A stretch of DNA of 64,000 nucleotides from the NCBI RefSeq assembly GCF_048268165.1, contig NZ_JBLWWA010000001.1, forward strand, positions 526,134 through 590,133. The letters are read 5' to 3'. The notes under the pieces were generated by a model, which worked only from the letters and a program-made list of their open reading frames with translations, searched no databases and was not told where the DNA came from. The position numbers and the translations under genes were made by a program. Of the stretch, positions 41,390 through 55,401 are shown piece after piece; the stretch's first letter is position 1; each line of letters begins with the position of its first letter. Source of the stretch: Pseudidiomarina sp. Its GTDB lineage: Bacteria > Pseudomonadota > Gammaproteobacteria > Enterobacterales > Alteromonadaceae.

Positions 41390-42187
41390 TTACTCCACTA
41401 TTTCCGTGTCGGCCAAGCCGATAAGCGCATGATAAACAACGCCTATTGCGTTAAACGCCATCGGTAGGGTAAAAATCAATCCCAAAAACAATGGGATTGC
41501 ACTGATTGCACAAATAATAACAACCAACGCCATGAACCCTAATACGGGAAACATTGCTTTATTGATCACCAAAAACGACGCCAGTAGCGCCCGTGGCGCG
41601 TTCAGTTCACGGTCAATAACAAGTGGCACGGCAAACATCATCACTAACTGCAGGTAAATCACTGCCAGCATGACCAATACCACCGCGAAAATACCACCCA
41701 ACAGCATCCCCAATGCGGCAAAGATGCCCGCCACTAAAGCCGTCAAAACCAGCTTAATAAAGGCTACCAACACTAACTGCGGCGCAAACTTTAATACGCC
41801 GCGCAGTTTCTTAAGCGACGGCTTGCGGTCTGCCGCATTAAGCATGCCAATATAAACCAGCATCGCCGCAAATGGCGCTAATATAAGTTCCTGCAGCACG
41901 CTGCCAGCTATAAAGTTACCAACATTAACCTGATCCCAGTCAATCTCGGTTTGCTCAGCAAGCACCTGTTCGTCAAATGGAAAAACCAATGCGAGCACAT
42001 CAGAAACTACGATGTTCAACGCCACAATACCGATGAATACACCGAGCATCCATGGCAGTGACCGTAATGTGATATCCCATGAGCGCTGCAATAATTGCCC
42101 AATGGTTAGCTTAATCTCGCCACGCAAAGCCTGGCCAAAGTCCCCGACTGGTAGGTTGGGTGCCGTGTTGTTTGAGTTATTAGACAC
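41390..42187 (-). CDS. Hypothetical integral membrane protein
   Basis: Several hydrophobic helices. Ends 2 bp before the glucosaminidase start, so the two are probably co-transcribed. Confidence 0.75.
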   Translation of the reverse strand: MSNNSNNTAPNLPVGDFGQALRGEIKLTIGQLLQRSWDITLRSLPWMLGVFIGIVALNIVVSDVLALVFPFDEQVLAEQTEIDWDQVNVGNFIAGSVLQELILAPFAAMLVYIGMLNAADRKPSLKKLRGVLKFAPQLVLVAFIKLVLTALVAGIFAALGMLLGGIFAVVLVMLAVIYLQLVMMFAVPLVIDRELNAPRALLASFLVINKAMFPVLGFMALVVIICAISAIPLFLGLIFTLPMAFNAIGVVYHALIGLADTEIVE

Positions 42188-42322
42188 GCAAAAAATCTCC
42201 TTGTTGATTTTGCCAGCGATTATACGGTAACGATTAATGCGTTACCAATGGCAATACCGCTCACTTATGGGATAATAAACCAAGTTACCATCCATAAGTC
42301 ACCTTTTTGCCAAGGAGTTTTA

Positions 42323-42940
42323 GTGAAGTCTGGAACAAATCAACGCCGTTTTTCACGACGCCGCGCGAAACCATCTAAACCAAGAACCGCGAATCCGCGA
42401 CTGATTTTATTAAACAAACCCTATGGGGTAGTCAGTCAATTTTCTGGGGAAGACGGTGAAGAAACCCTCAAAGGTTTGGTTCCATATAACGACGTGTACC
42501 CTGCCGGCCGTCTTGATAAAGATAGCGAAGGTTTATTGGTATTGACGAATGATGGTGAGCTGCAACATAAAATTTGTCATCCAAAACATAAACTAACCAA
42601 AACGTATTGGGTACAGGTTGAAGGTATTCCAACGGATGACGCACTCCAGCAGTTGTGTGATGGGGTTGAACTGAACGACGGTATAACATTACCGGCAGAA
42701 ATTATCCGTATGGATGAACCCATGAATTTATGGCCACGCAATCCACCGGTGCGCGAACGCAAATCTGTTCCAGATTGTTGGCTATGCATTAAAATCAGTG
42801 AGGGTCGTAATCGCCAGGTACGCCGAATGACAGCAGCTATTGGGCACCCCACTTTGCGCCTAATTCGTGCCGGAATTGGGCCATGGTTATTACGTACTTT
42901 GCAGCCAGGCGAGTGGCGCGAAGAGCCTCCTGTGTGGTAA
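42323..42940 (+). CDS. rluE: 23S rRNA pseudouridine 2457 synthase
   Basis: LNKPYGV, GRLDKDSEGLL, WPRNPPVRERK and EGRNRQVRRMTA. GTG start with AAGGAG RBS; upstream of mnmA as in E. coli. Confidence 0.9.
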   Translation: MKSGTNQRRFSRRRAKPSKPRTANPRLILLNKPYGVVSQFSGEDGEETLKGLVPYNDVYPAGRLDKDSEGLLVLTNDGELQHKICHPKHKLTKTYWVQVEGIPTDDALQQLCDGVELNDGITLPAEIIRMDEPMNLWPRNPPVRERKSVPDCWLCIKISEGRNRQVRRMTAAIGHPTLRLIRAGIGPWLLRTLQPGEWREEPPVW

Positions 42941-42980
42941 AATCCGCGGCCATTAAGAATCGCGAGTGTAGTTAGGGCTA

Positions 42981-44107
42981 ATGTCAGTAAATCAAAGCGA
43001 AAACGCTAGCAAAAAAGTCATCGTTGGTATGTCCGGCGGGGTTGATTCCTCGGTTTCTGCGTATCTGCTTCAACAACAGGGCTATCAGGTTGAAGGCCTG
43101 TTCATGAAAAACTGGGAAGAAGACGATACTGACGAATATTGCGCTGCAGCGAGTGACCTCGCCGATGCAGAAGCCGTTTGTGCCAAGCTCGGTATTGAAC
43201 TTCATACGGTAAACTTTGCTGCGGAATATTGGGACAATGTGTTTGAGTACTTTTTAGAAGAGTACCGCGCTGGTCGCACACCTAATCCCGACATCATGTG
43301 CAACAAAGAGATCAAGTTTAAAGCGTTTCTTGAATTCGCTGCGGGTGCTCTCGGTGCCGATTACATCGCAACTGGGCATTATGTGCGCAGACGCGAGCAT
43401 AACGGAAAATATCAATTAATTCGTGGCCGCGACGCCAATAAAGATCAAAGTTATTTCCTGTACACCCTCGCGCATACTCATGTCGCGCAAACGTTATTCC
43501 CTGTTGGCGATATTGAAAAGCCTGAAGTAAGACGGATTGCGGAACAGCAAGGGTTGGTTACGGCTGACAAAAAAGACTCAACGGGCATCTGTTTCATTGG
43601 CGAGCGCAAGTTTAAAGACTTTTTACAGCAATATTTGCCGGCACAACCGGGTGTTATCGAATCGGTAGACGGCACCGAGCTGGGGCACCACGAAGGCTTG
43701 ATGTATCACACGCTGGGCCAACGCAAAGGCTTACACATAGGCGGTTTAGCTGATGCCGGCGACGAACCTTGGTACGTGGTCGATAAAGATGTTGAGCGCA
43801 ATGTACTGGTGGTTGCGCAAGGGAAAAATCATCCGCGCTTGTTCTCGACCGGTTTGATTGCGGGTCAATTGGACTGGGTGGACCGTGAGCCGCGCCATGA
43901 AGCGTTTGATTGCGTTGTTAAAACGCGATACCGCCAACAAGATATTCCTTGCCGTGTTACCCCGCTTGACGACGGCAAAGTACGCGTTGAATTTAACGAG
44001 CCCGTCGCAGCAGTAACACCAGGGCAATCAGCCGTGTTTTATCAAGGTGATGTGTGCCTCGGTGGCGGTATTATCGAACAGCGCATTGCCAGTCATGAGG
44101 TATTATT

Positions 44108-44111
<4 letters not shown>
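42981..44111 (+). CDS. mnmA: tRNA-specific 2-thiouridylase
   Basis: [35 protein letters not shown] and [11 protein letters not shown]. Confidence 0.98.
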
Positions 44112-47293
<3,182 letters not shown>

Positions 47294-47297
<4 letters not shown>

Positions 47298-47713
47298 GCT
47301 TGCTGCTGCCACATTTCTTTGCTTTCAGATAACTGATACAAATTTTCGGCACGATTAATCAAATACTGAGCGTATTTTTTTTGCTCAGGCTCGTTCGTTG
47401 CTTGCTGCAATACGCCCTCCGCCTGCATCTGCCAACGCAGTGCAAAATAGCGCATGGCATCACGCGCATCTTTCGCGGCCTTTTCACCAATGATATCGGT
47501 CGGCACATCGCCATTGATTACCCACAAGGTCTTTTTATCTTGTGTAGTAAACTTCCAAACGGCTACGTGTGGCACTAAATACCGACTGTCTTTCGAAAGA
47601 ATACGGTCAGTGATAATGCCCTGCTCTGCCAGGTATTTATTCGCGGCCTGAAATTGCGCACGAACCCATTCGGAAATTTGTTCTTCTGTCATTTTTGGCG
47701 GCTGCTCTGCCAT
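47294..47713 (-). CDS. DUF4826-family protein
   Basis: WVRAQFQAANKYLAEQG, SRYLVPHVAVWK and WVINGDVPTD. Confidence 0.8.
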
Positions 47714-47832
47714 AATTTTGTCTCGCCCTACTGCTTATAATGGTTAACATATACGCTTAAATCGTTCAGTTATACTACCGAGATTTGGCTTAAACGCAAC
47801 GGTTTTACCGACTGTAAACTTAGCTTGCAACA

Positions 47833-47850
47833 GTTTACGTAAACGTTAAC
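47833..47850. promoter_or_regulatory. LiuR-type operator upstream of leucine dehydrogenase
   Basis: GTTTACGTAAACGTTAAC versus the recalled LiuR consensus sTTTACGTwwACGTAAAs (one mismatch), 86 bp before the ldh start. Confidence 0.72.
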
Positions 47851-47936
47851 AGTTTATTTCGGTAATTCACTAGCGAAATACAGATCAAAATGCTAATGTT
47901 CGCGCAATTTTTTGGGATGAACGAGGATTACCTAGA

Positions 47937-48980
47937 ATGTCTCTATTCGAACACAAAGAGTTCGACCAACACGAACAAGTCGTGTTTTGTCATGACAAAG
48001 AAACGGGTTTAAAAGCAATTATTGCTATTCACGACACCACGCTTGGTCCATCGCTTGGTGGAACCCGTATGTGGAACTACCCTTCATCAGCGGAAGCATT
48101 AACTGACGTACTGCGCTTATCACGCGGTATGACATATAAAAGCGCCTTGGCAGGTCTGCCTCTTGGCGGCGGCAAAGCCGTTATCATTGGCGACGCAAAA
48201 ACGATTAAAACACCAGAATTGATGCGCGCCTATGGCCGTTTCGTGAACTCGCTCAGCGGTCGTTATATCACTGCTGAAGACGTTAACATTCGTACCAGCG
48301 ACATTGCTTATGTGGCGGAAGAAACAGCGTTTGTTGCAGGCACAGCTGAAAAAGCCGGTGACCCATCACCACACACAGCATTAGGCACCTATTTAGGGCT
48401 AAAAGCAGCAGCTAAACACAAGCTTGGTAGCGACGACTTGAACGGAATTAAAATCGCAATTCAAGGTCTTGGTGCGGTTGGTTATGACTTTGCAGAATAC
48501 TGCGCTAAAGAAGGCGCGCAATTGTTCGTAACAGACATTAATGAAGAAGCCTGTGCCCGTGCGGCAAGTGAATTGAATGCCACGGTTGTAGGGTTAGACG
48601 AAATCTACGGCTTAGACGTTGACGTGTACGCACCTTGTGCACTTGGCGCAACGGTCAATGATGACACCTTGAAACTGATTAAGGCTAAAATCATTGCTGG
48701 CAGTGCGAACAACCAGTTAGCAACGCCTGCGCATGACAAAATTGTCATGGACATGGGTATTTTGTATGCCCCTGACTATGTTATCAACGCTGGTGGTGTT
48801 ATCCACGTTTGCAGTGAAGCTGCAAACATGAGCCGTGCGGAAACTGACAAGCGTGTGCGTGATATCTACGACACCCTCGATCAAATCTTTGCGCGTTCAG
48901 CTGAAGAACAGCGTCCTACTGGCGAGATTGCTGACCAGATGGCGCGTGAAGTTATTGCCAACGCTAAAGCTGCGCGTTAA
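47937..48980 (+). CDS. ldh: Leucine dehydrogenase (Glu/Leu/Phe/Val family)
   Basis: GGTRM, LSRGMTYK, GGGKAVI, YITAEDV, QGLGAVG, AGSANNQL and APDYVINAGGVI. Confidence 0.92.
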   Translation: MSLFEHKEFDQHEQVVFCHDKETGLKAIIAIHDTTLGPSLGGTRMWNYPSSAEALTDVLRLSRGMTYKSALAGLPLGGGKAVIIGDAKTIKTPELMRAYGRFVNSLSGRYITAEDVNIRTSDIAYVAEETAFVAGTAEKAGDPSPHTALGTYLGLKAAAKHKLGSDDLNGIKIAIQGLGAVGYDFAEYCAKEGAQLFVTDINEEACARAASELNATVVGLDEIYGLDVDVYAPCALGATVNDDTLKLIKAKIIAGSANNQLATPAHDKIVMDMGILYAPDYVINAGGVIHVCSEAANMSRAETDKRVRDIYDTLDQIFARSAEEQRPTGEIADQMAREVIANAKAAR

Positions 48981-51900
48981 GCGCAGTTATTAGCAAGCCA
49001 TTGAAGCGGGTGTAATGCCCGCTTTTTTGTGCTCATTCGGTGCACTTGAGAGCGACATGAAAAGCCCGTCGCAAGCGTAACTACGTCTTGCTCTACCTTT
49101 GCTTTCCAACTCATATCATAAAGCTTCTTGCTGGTTTCCTGATGCGCCAACTCATGACCATACGTACCTGCCATACCACAGCAGCCTGTCGCAACAAGGT
49201 TTAAAGGCACATGCCAAGTAGCAAATATCTGTTGCCACTGCTTCGCAGCCGTCGGTAATGCCGTTTGCTCGGTACAATGGCTAAGCAACTGCATCGGTAG
49301 TTCAGGTGGTATTAAACTTAACCGCTCGGCGCGGGATGGCAATACATCGCTTAGCCATTCATGTGCCAGTAACACCCGATAGTTTTGCTCATCGGCAACG
49401 TATTCACGATATTCATCGTGCAAGCAAAGTACGGTCGAAGCATCAAGCCCGACTAATGGCAGGCCTAATCCGGCAACCGTATTCAATTGTTGCGTCACGC
49501 GCGTCGCTGTATCGGTGAACGCATCAAGAAAGCCCTTAACATGCTGCGCCTTGCCATTTCCTACAAACTCCAACAACACCGGCTTAAAGCCAAGGCGCTC
49601 GGCAACGGTGCCAAACGCCTCAAGTAAGTCGGCTTCGTAAAAGCTAGTAAACGGGTCTTGAACCAGAACCACCAAATCATTTTGCTCCGCTGCACTTAAT
49701 TGTTTCAGTTGATCAGCGGAATAGCTTGGCCATTGCAACTTACGCCACCGCTGCGCGGCAGTTGGCGTAGATAGTTTAGGGGCATCAACGTACCCGACTA
49801 CGCGCTCCGTAACCCACCGGCTAACAACGTTGTGGGTGAGAAAATTGCTCAGCCTTGGCAATTTCGCCATGGTTGTTGCAATGGGTTCGACATTTTTTAC
49901 CAAGTAGTCCTTCAGTGGGCGCCGGTAGCGTTGATGATACCAAGCTAAAAACCGCGCGCGAAATCGCGGTACATCGACCTTTACTGGGCATTGGCTTGCG
50001 CAAGCTTTGCACGCAAGACAGGCATCCATTGATGATTTCACCTCATGGTTAAAATCATGCGGCACCGAACTGGGATGTTCTTGCAGTAGATTCGCTTGTT
50101 TACCCTGCGGTAATCCTGACGGATCAAACCCTTGTGCACTGCTTAATCGCAGCCATTCACGAATCAAGGTCGCCCGCCCTTTCGGCGAATAACGCCGCTC
50201 ACCGGTGGCTTTGAATGAAGGACACATTGCCGAGTCGGCATCATAATTAAAACACAGACCATTGCCGTTACAGCTCATGGCGTCATTAAAGCTATCACGA
50301 ACATGAATGGGTATTTGACGATCATAAGCGCCACGCTTGGTTGCATCCACCGACACGAGACTTGCATCCGAGCCCCATGGTGTGCAGATTTTTCCTGGGT
50401 TGAGCCGGTTATCCGGATCAAATACAGCCTTAATCTTTTGCAGTTCGCCATAGAGCGCTTCACCAAAAAATGTTGGTGCGTACTCAGAACGATAGCCTTT
50501 GCCGTGTTCGCCCCACATTAAACCGCCATATTTGGCTGTAAGCGCAGCTACCTTATCACTGATCACACGCAATAATTTTTCATCTTCTGGGTTCGTCATG
50601 TCGAGCGCCGGCCGCACATGCAACACCCCGGCATCTACATGGCCAAACATGCCGTAATGCAGCTCGTAGTTATCTAACAATTGACGAAACTCATCGATAA
50701 AGTCGGCTAAATGCTCCGGCGGTACTGCAGTATCTTCGGCAAAAGCGACCGGTTTGCGGCTGCCTTTTGTGGCGCCTAGCAAGCCTACGGCCTTTTTCCG
50801 CATCGCATATACGGTTTGAATGCTGTGGGCATCCGCACATATTTGATAGCCAATCACACCGGCATCGGGTTGATCGGCCATCAACGCATCAAGCTGAATA
50901 CATAATTCCTGTACCTTGGTATCAATCTCACTTTGGTTTACCGCCGTGAATTCCACCATATTAATACCGCGCATGGTTTGGTTCGGCACGTCTTGCAATT
51001 GTTCAGCCACTTGATGCCAAATAATGTCGTTACGGGCTAAATCAAGCACATTACTGTCAATGGTTTCAACAGATGTTGCGCGCGCCTTTACCAAGAACGG
51101 TGCATTGCGAAGTGCGGCCTGAAAGTCACTGTATTTAACATTAACCAATACTTTGTGCTTTGGAATTTCGGTTAAATTTAACCGCGCCTCACAGATAAAA
51201 GCTAAGGTACCTTCAGAGCCCGCTAAAAGGCGCGATAAATCAATTGTGTCGTGCTGCGGATTATAGCAATGCTTTAAGTCATATCCGGTTAAAAACCGAT
51301 TTAACGCTGGAAATTTATCGTCAATGGCCGCGCGCTGTCCCACACAGGTCGCAAGTACCTGGCGGTAAATAGCGGCTTCCAAACTTTGGCCTTGGGCTTT
51401 ACCTTCAGCTTCAGCACGAGAAATTGGCCGCGTTACAAGGCAATCGCCATTAATTAATACCGACGTTAACTCAAGAACATGATCACTGGTTTTACCGTAA
51501 ACCAATGAACCTTGCCCTGAAGCATCTGTATTGATCATGCCACCAATGGTCGCGCGATTACTGGTCGATAAATCAGGTGAAAAGAAGAGCCCCTCACTGC
51601 GTACCGCGTCATTTAGTGCATCTTTCACCACACCGGTTTGACAACGTACCCAATGGTCGGCTTTATTTACTTCCGTGACGTCGGTGAAATAACGACTCAG
51701 ATCAACCACAATACCTGCTGTGAGCGACTGACCGTTGGTGCCCGTGCCACCGCCGCGCGGAGCAAATTGAATTCCTCGGAAGCTGTCGCGCTGGGCAACC
51801 TGCAGCGCCTGTTGCAGTGCGGGTATTGTCCGTGGATATAGCACCGCTTGAGGTGCCTGTTGATAAATGCTGTTATCTATTGCAGCCACCATGCGACCGC

Positions 51901-52036
51901 CATAGGTCGCATCAATGTCGCCGTCGAAGCCTTGCGCATCAAGCGCTAGCAAATAGTCTTGATAAACCGTTTCGATACGCGCTTCAAGGCGCTCATATGC
52001 GGTAAATATCGGTAATACTGATCGAGTTTCCGTCAT
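48977..52036 (-). CDS. ydiJ: FAD/Fe-S oxidoreductase YdiJ (D-2-hydroxyglutarate dehydrogenase-like)
   Basis: PRGGGTGTNGQSL FAD-binding region, GEHGKG, Cys clusters CNGNGLC…C and CLACKACASQCP, C-terminal CCGMAG and GFSCRSQ. Confidence 0.9.
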   Translation of the reverse strand: MTETRSVLPIFTAYERLEARIETVYQDYLLALDAQGFDGDIDATYGGRMVAAIDNSIYQQAPQAVLYPRTIPALQQALQVAQRDSFRGIQFAPRGGGTGTNGQSLTAGIVVDLSRYFTDVTEVNKADHWVRCQTGVVKDALNDAVRSEGLFFSPDLSTSNRATIGGMINTDASGQGSLVYGKTSDHVLELTSVLINGDCLVTRPISRAEAEGKAQGQSLEAAIYRQVLATCVGQRAAIDDKFPALNRFLTGYDLKHCYNPQHDTIDLSRLLAGSEGTLAFICEARLNLTEIPKHKVLVNVKYSDFQAALRNAPFLVKARATSVETIDSNVLDLARNDIIWHQVAEQLQDVPNQTMRGINMVEFTAVNQSEIDTKVQELCIQLDALMADQPDAGVIGYQICADAHSIQTVYAMRKKAVGLLGATKGSRKPVAFAEDTAVPPEHLADFIDEFRQLLDNYELHYGMFGHVDAGVLHVRPALDMTNPEDEKLLRVISDKVAALTAKYGGLMWGEHGKGYRSEYAPTFFGEALYGELQKIKAVFDPDNRLNPGKICTPWGSDASLVSVDATKRGAYDRQIPIHVRDSFNDAMSCNGNGLCFNYDADSAMCPSFKATGERRYSPKGRATLIREWLRLSSAQGFDPSGLPQGKQANLLQEHPSSVPHDFNHEVKSSMDACLACKACASQCPVKVDVPRFRARFLAWYHQRYRRPLKDYLVKNVEPIATTMAKLPRLSNFLTHNVVSRWVTERVVGYVDAPKLSTPTAAQRWRKLQWPSYSADQLKQLSAAEQNDLVVLVQDPFTSFYEADLLEAFGTVAERLGFKPVLLEFVGNGKAQHVKGFLDAFTDTATRVTQQLNTVAGLGLPLVGLDASTVLCLHDEYREYVADEQNYRVLLAHEWLSDVLPSRAERLSLIPPELPMQLLSHCTEQTALPTAAKQWQQIFATWHVPLNLVATGCCGMAGTYGHELAHQETSKKLYDMSWKAKVEQDVVTLATGFSCRSQVHRMSTKKRALHPLQWLANNCA
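49004..49028 (+). terminator. Intrinsic terminator for ldh lying inside the ydiJ coding sequence
   Basis: AAGCGGG-tgtaatg-CCCGCTT plus TTTT, starting 23 bp after the ldh stop. Confidence 0.78.
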
Positions 52037-52060
52037 AAAGCGCCCTGACCTTCCTACAAC

Positions 52061-54442
52061 TTAGCTGTGATGTTTCGCCAAATATAGCCACGTTTCGATA
52101 ACCGTATCTGGGTTAAGCGAAACTGAATCGATACCCTGTTCAACCAACCATGCGGCAAAATCTGCATGATCTGAGGGGCCTTGCCCACAGATACCAACAT
52201 ACTTGCCCTTTTTCTTAGCTGCTTGAATAGCCATTGAAAGCAACGCTTTCACCGCTTCGTTACGCTCGTCAAACAGATGTGCAATAACGCCGGAGTCACG
52301 GTCTAAACCAAGGGTTAATTGGGTGAGATCGTTCGAGCCAATTGAGAAGCCGTCAAAAATATCAAGAAATTGTTCAGCCAACAAAGCATTTGATGGCAAC
52401 TCACACATCATAATGACACGCAAACCGTTATCGCCTTGCACCAAGCCTTGCTCAGCCAGTAGTTCTATAACCTTACGCCCTTCTTCTAAGGTACGCACGA
52501 ACGGAATCATCACTTCAACGTTGGTTAAGCCCATGTCGTTGCGAACGCGTTTAATGGCTTCACATTCCATCGCAAAACAATCACGGAAATCTTCAGATAT
52601 ATAGCGTGCTGCGCCACGGAAACCGAGCATCGGATTTTCTTCATGGGGTTCATACTGACGCCCACCAATAAGATTGGCATATTCATTCGATTTAAAATCT
52701 GACATTCGTACAATCACGCGCTCTGGTGAAAAAGCAGCTGCGAGTGTTGAGATACCTTCCGTGAGCTTACCCACATAGTATTCACGTGGGCTGTCGTAGC
52801 CTGCCATATAACCACGAATCTGCTGCTGCAGCTCAGCGCTCTGCTTATCGAAGTTTAAAAGCGCCTTAGGGTGCACGCCAATCATGCGATTAATGATGAA
52901 CTCTAACCGTGCAAGGCCAACGCCTGCATGCGGTAAACTCGCAAAATCAAAAGCACGATCAGGGTTCCCAACGTTCATCATAATTTTTAATGGAAGCGCA
53001 GGCATGTCGCCCACATCCGACGTGGTTACGTCAAATTCAAGTTCACCCGAATAGATATAACCAGTGTCACCTTCCGCACATGAAACGGTTACCGGAGCGC
53101 CTGCTGCGATACGGTCAGTGGCATCGCCACACCCTACAACCGCAGGAATACCCAGCTCACGCGCAATGATAGCAGCGTGACACGTACGGCCACCGCGATT
53201 GGTTACGATTGCTGATGCCCGTTTCATAATTGGTTCCCAGTCGGGGTCAGTCATGTCGGTTACCAACACATCGCCAGGTTGTACGCGGTCCATTTCAGAA
53301 ATGTCTTTTAGTACACGCGCTACACCCGCACCAATTTTTTGCCCAATGGCCCGGCCTTCAGCCACAACATCACTTTTTGCCTTCAGTGCGTAGCGCTCAA
53401 GAGCCTGTCCATTCTTATTCGACTGCACCGTTTCTGGGCGCGCTTGCACAATATAAAGCTTGCCATCGACGCCATCTTTCGCCCATTCAATGTCCATTGG
53501 ACGGCCATAATGCTGTTCAATAATTACTGCTTGGCGCGCTAACGCCTCCACTTCTGCGTCGGTGATTGAAAACTTGTTCGACAGTTCAGCTGGAATATCA
53601 ACAATAGACGTTTGCTTGCCGTGGTCCTTCGCATCAGAATAAATCATCTGTATCTTTTTACTGCCGAGATTACGGCGTAAAACCGCTGGACGTTCAGCTT
53701 TCAATGTTGGCTTGTGCACATAAAATTCATCGGGATTTACGGCACCCTGCACCACCATTTCGCCAAGCCCATAAGACGAAGTTATAAACACCACTTGGTC
53801 GAAGCCTGACTCGGTATCAATCGAGAACATAACGCCTGAGGCAGAAATATCACTGCGCACCATGCGTTGAATACCTGCTGACAGTGCAACGCCGCGGTGG
53901 TCATAGCCTTGGTGAACACGGTAGGAAATCGCGCGATCGTTGAACAACGAAGCGAATACGTGCTTAATCGCTTCCATAATGGCATCAATGCCATGCACGT
54001 TCAGAAACGTTTCTTGTTGCCCTGCAAACGATGCGTCTGGCATATCTTCGGCAGTCGCTGAACTACGCACAGCGAAGCTCACTTCGCTATTACCGCCGCT
54101 CAACTGTTCATAAGCCGCGCGAATTGCTTGATCAAGCTGCGGTTGAAAAGGTGTTTCGATAACCCATTGACGAATCTTTTTACCGGCTTCTGCTAAAGCG
54201 CGAACATCATCAGTGTCAAGGTCATCGAGAATTTCATGAATGCGTTCGTTAACACCACTTTGTTCAAGAAACTCGTTAAATGCTTCAGCGGTGGTTGCAA
54301 AGCCATTGGGAACATCTACCCCGGCACCGGCCAGGTGACTAATCATTTCCCCAAGTGATGCATTTTTACCGCCGACACGGTTCACATCATTCATCCCTAA
54401 TTGATCATACCAAAGCACATAATCTTGTACGTTATTCTGCAC
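52061..54442 (-). CDS. ppsA: Phosphoenolpyruvate synthase
   Basis: [34 protein letters not shown] and [10 protein letters not shown]. Start moved to GTG 54442 after a GAGGA RBS. Confidence 0.98.
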   Translation of the reverse strand: MQNNVQDYVLWYDQLGMNDVNRVGGKNASLGEMISHLAGAGVDVPNGFATTAEAFNEFLEQSGVNERIHEILDDLDTDDVRALAEAGKKIRQWVIETPFQPQLDQAIRAAYEQLSGGNSEVSFAVRSSATAEDMPDASFAGQQETFLNVHGIDAIMEAIKHVFASLFNDRAISYRVHQGYDHRGVALSAGIQRMVRSDISASGVMFSIDTESGFDQVVFITSSYGLGEMVVQGAVNPDEFYVHKPTLKAERPAVLRRNLGSKKIQMIYSDAKDHGKQTSIVDIPAELSNKFSITDAEVEALARQAVIIEQHYGRPMDIEWAKDGVDGKLYIVQARPETVQSNKNGQALERYALKAKSDVVAEGRAIGQKIGAGVARVLKDISEMDRVQPGDVLVTDMTDPDWEPIMKRASAIVTNRGGRTCHAAIIARELGIPAVVGCGDATDRIAAGAPVTVSCAEGDTGYIYSGELEFDVTTSDVGDMPALPLKIMMNVGNPDRAFDFASLPHAGVGLARLEFIINRMIGVHPKALLNFDKQSAELQQQIRGYMAGYDSPREYYVGKLTEGISTLAAAFSPERVIVRMSDFKSNEYANLIGGRQYEPHEENPMLGFRGAARYISEDFRDCFAMECEAIKRVRNDMGLTNVEVMIPFVRTLEEGRKVIELLAEQGLVQGDNGLRVIMMCELPSNALLAEQFLDIFDGFSIGSNDLTQLTLGLDRDSGVIAHLFDERNEAVKALLSMAIQAAKKKGKYVGICGQGPSDHADFAAWLVEQGIDSVSLNPDTVIETWLYLAKHHS

Positions 54443-54573
54443 GGTGAGTTCCTCGTGGAGTTTAGGCGTGACACAGTCACAAAATTGACTGCCCGATTGG
54501 CAATGTATTTTACACATTGGGGCTGCACAAGTTAACATCTTATCCACTTTTATCTGCTGGGAATACCGCCAAC

Positions 54574-55401
54574 ATGCGCACAATCTTTTACATTTCCGAT
54601 GGAACGGCCCTTACCGCCGAAGCTTTCGGCAAAGCAATGCTCTCAATGTTTCCACTTAAAGTTGTTCATAAAACCTTAGCTTTTGTCGATACCATCGAAA
54701 AAGCTGAGTTAGCGACGCGTAAAATAAATCAAGCCTATGAAGAGTCAGGCGAACGTCCAATTATATTTCACACCTTTGTCAGCATAGATATCAAGCGCAT
54801 TATTACCGAGAGCCGCGGTAGTTGTTATGACTTCTTAGACTATTTTGTGGCACCGTTGAGTAAAGAGCTCGACATGGCCGCCCAGCCTAAAACCCACCGT
54901 ACGCATGGAATACAAGAGAATAATGACGAACGCGAAAACTATGATTTCCGTATTGATGCAGTGAACTACACACTTGCGAATGATGATGGTAGTAACGTGT
55001 CAAATTACGACGAAGCAGATATTATTTTGCTGGGCGTATCACGTACCGGTAAAACACCGACCAGCCTCTACTTGGCATTGCATTACGGCATTAAGGCCGC
55101 GAACTACCCGCTTACCGAAGACGATAATATGGAAAACTTGCAGCTACCTAAGGTGCTTAAGCCTCATCGCCATAAGATTTATGGATTAACACTTGACCCG
55201 CAGCGTTTGCACGAAATTCGCAGTAAGCGCCGCGAAGGCAGTCAATACGCATCCATGCAACAGTGCCGCTATGAATTGCAGGAGGTCGAGAAGATGTACC
55301 GCCGTGAAGCAATACCTTTTCTCGACTCTACCCGATTTTCAGTGGAAGAGATTGCCGCGAAAATACTCGCTGAAACCAATCTTGAACGGCATCGCTTTTA
55401 A
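54574..55401 (+). CDS. ppsR: PEP synthase regulatory kinase/pyrophosphorylase
   Basis: [28 protein letters not shown] and SVEEIA; divergent from ppsA. Start ATG 54574. Confidence 0.94.
   Translation: MRTIFYISDGTALTAEAFGKAMLSMFPLKVVHKTLAFVDTIEKAELATRKINQAYEESGERPIIFHTFVSIDIKRIITESRGSCYDFLDYFVAPLSKELDMAAQPKTHRTHGIQENNDERENYDFRIDAVNYTLANDDGSNVSNYDEADIILLGVSRTGKTPTSLYLALHYGIKAANYPLTEDDNMENLQLPKVLKPHRHKIYGLTLDPQRLHEIRSKRREGSQYASMQQCRYELQEVEKMYRREAIPFLDSTRFSVEEIAAKILAETNLERHRF

Noticed and set aside
42940-42981. nudJ missing between rluE and mnmA
   Set aside because: Minor, common variation in gene order outside enterobacteria.
54443-54583. 47-aa Cys-rich N-terminal extension on PpsA in the ORF track
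   Set aside because: Homology and a GAGGA RBS place the start at GTG 54442, and the extension overlaps the divergent promoter and the ppsR start.
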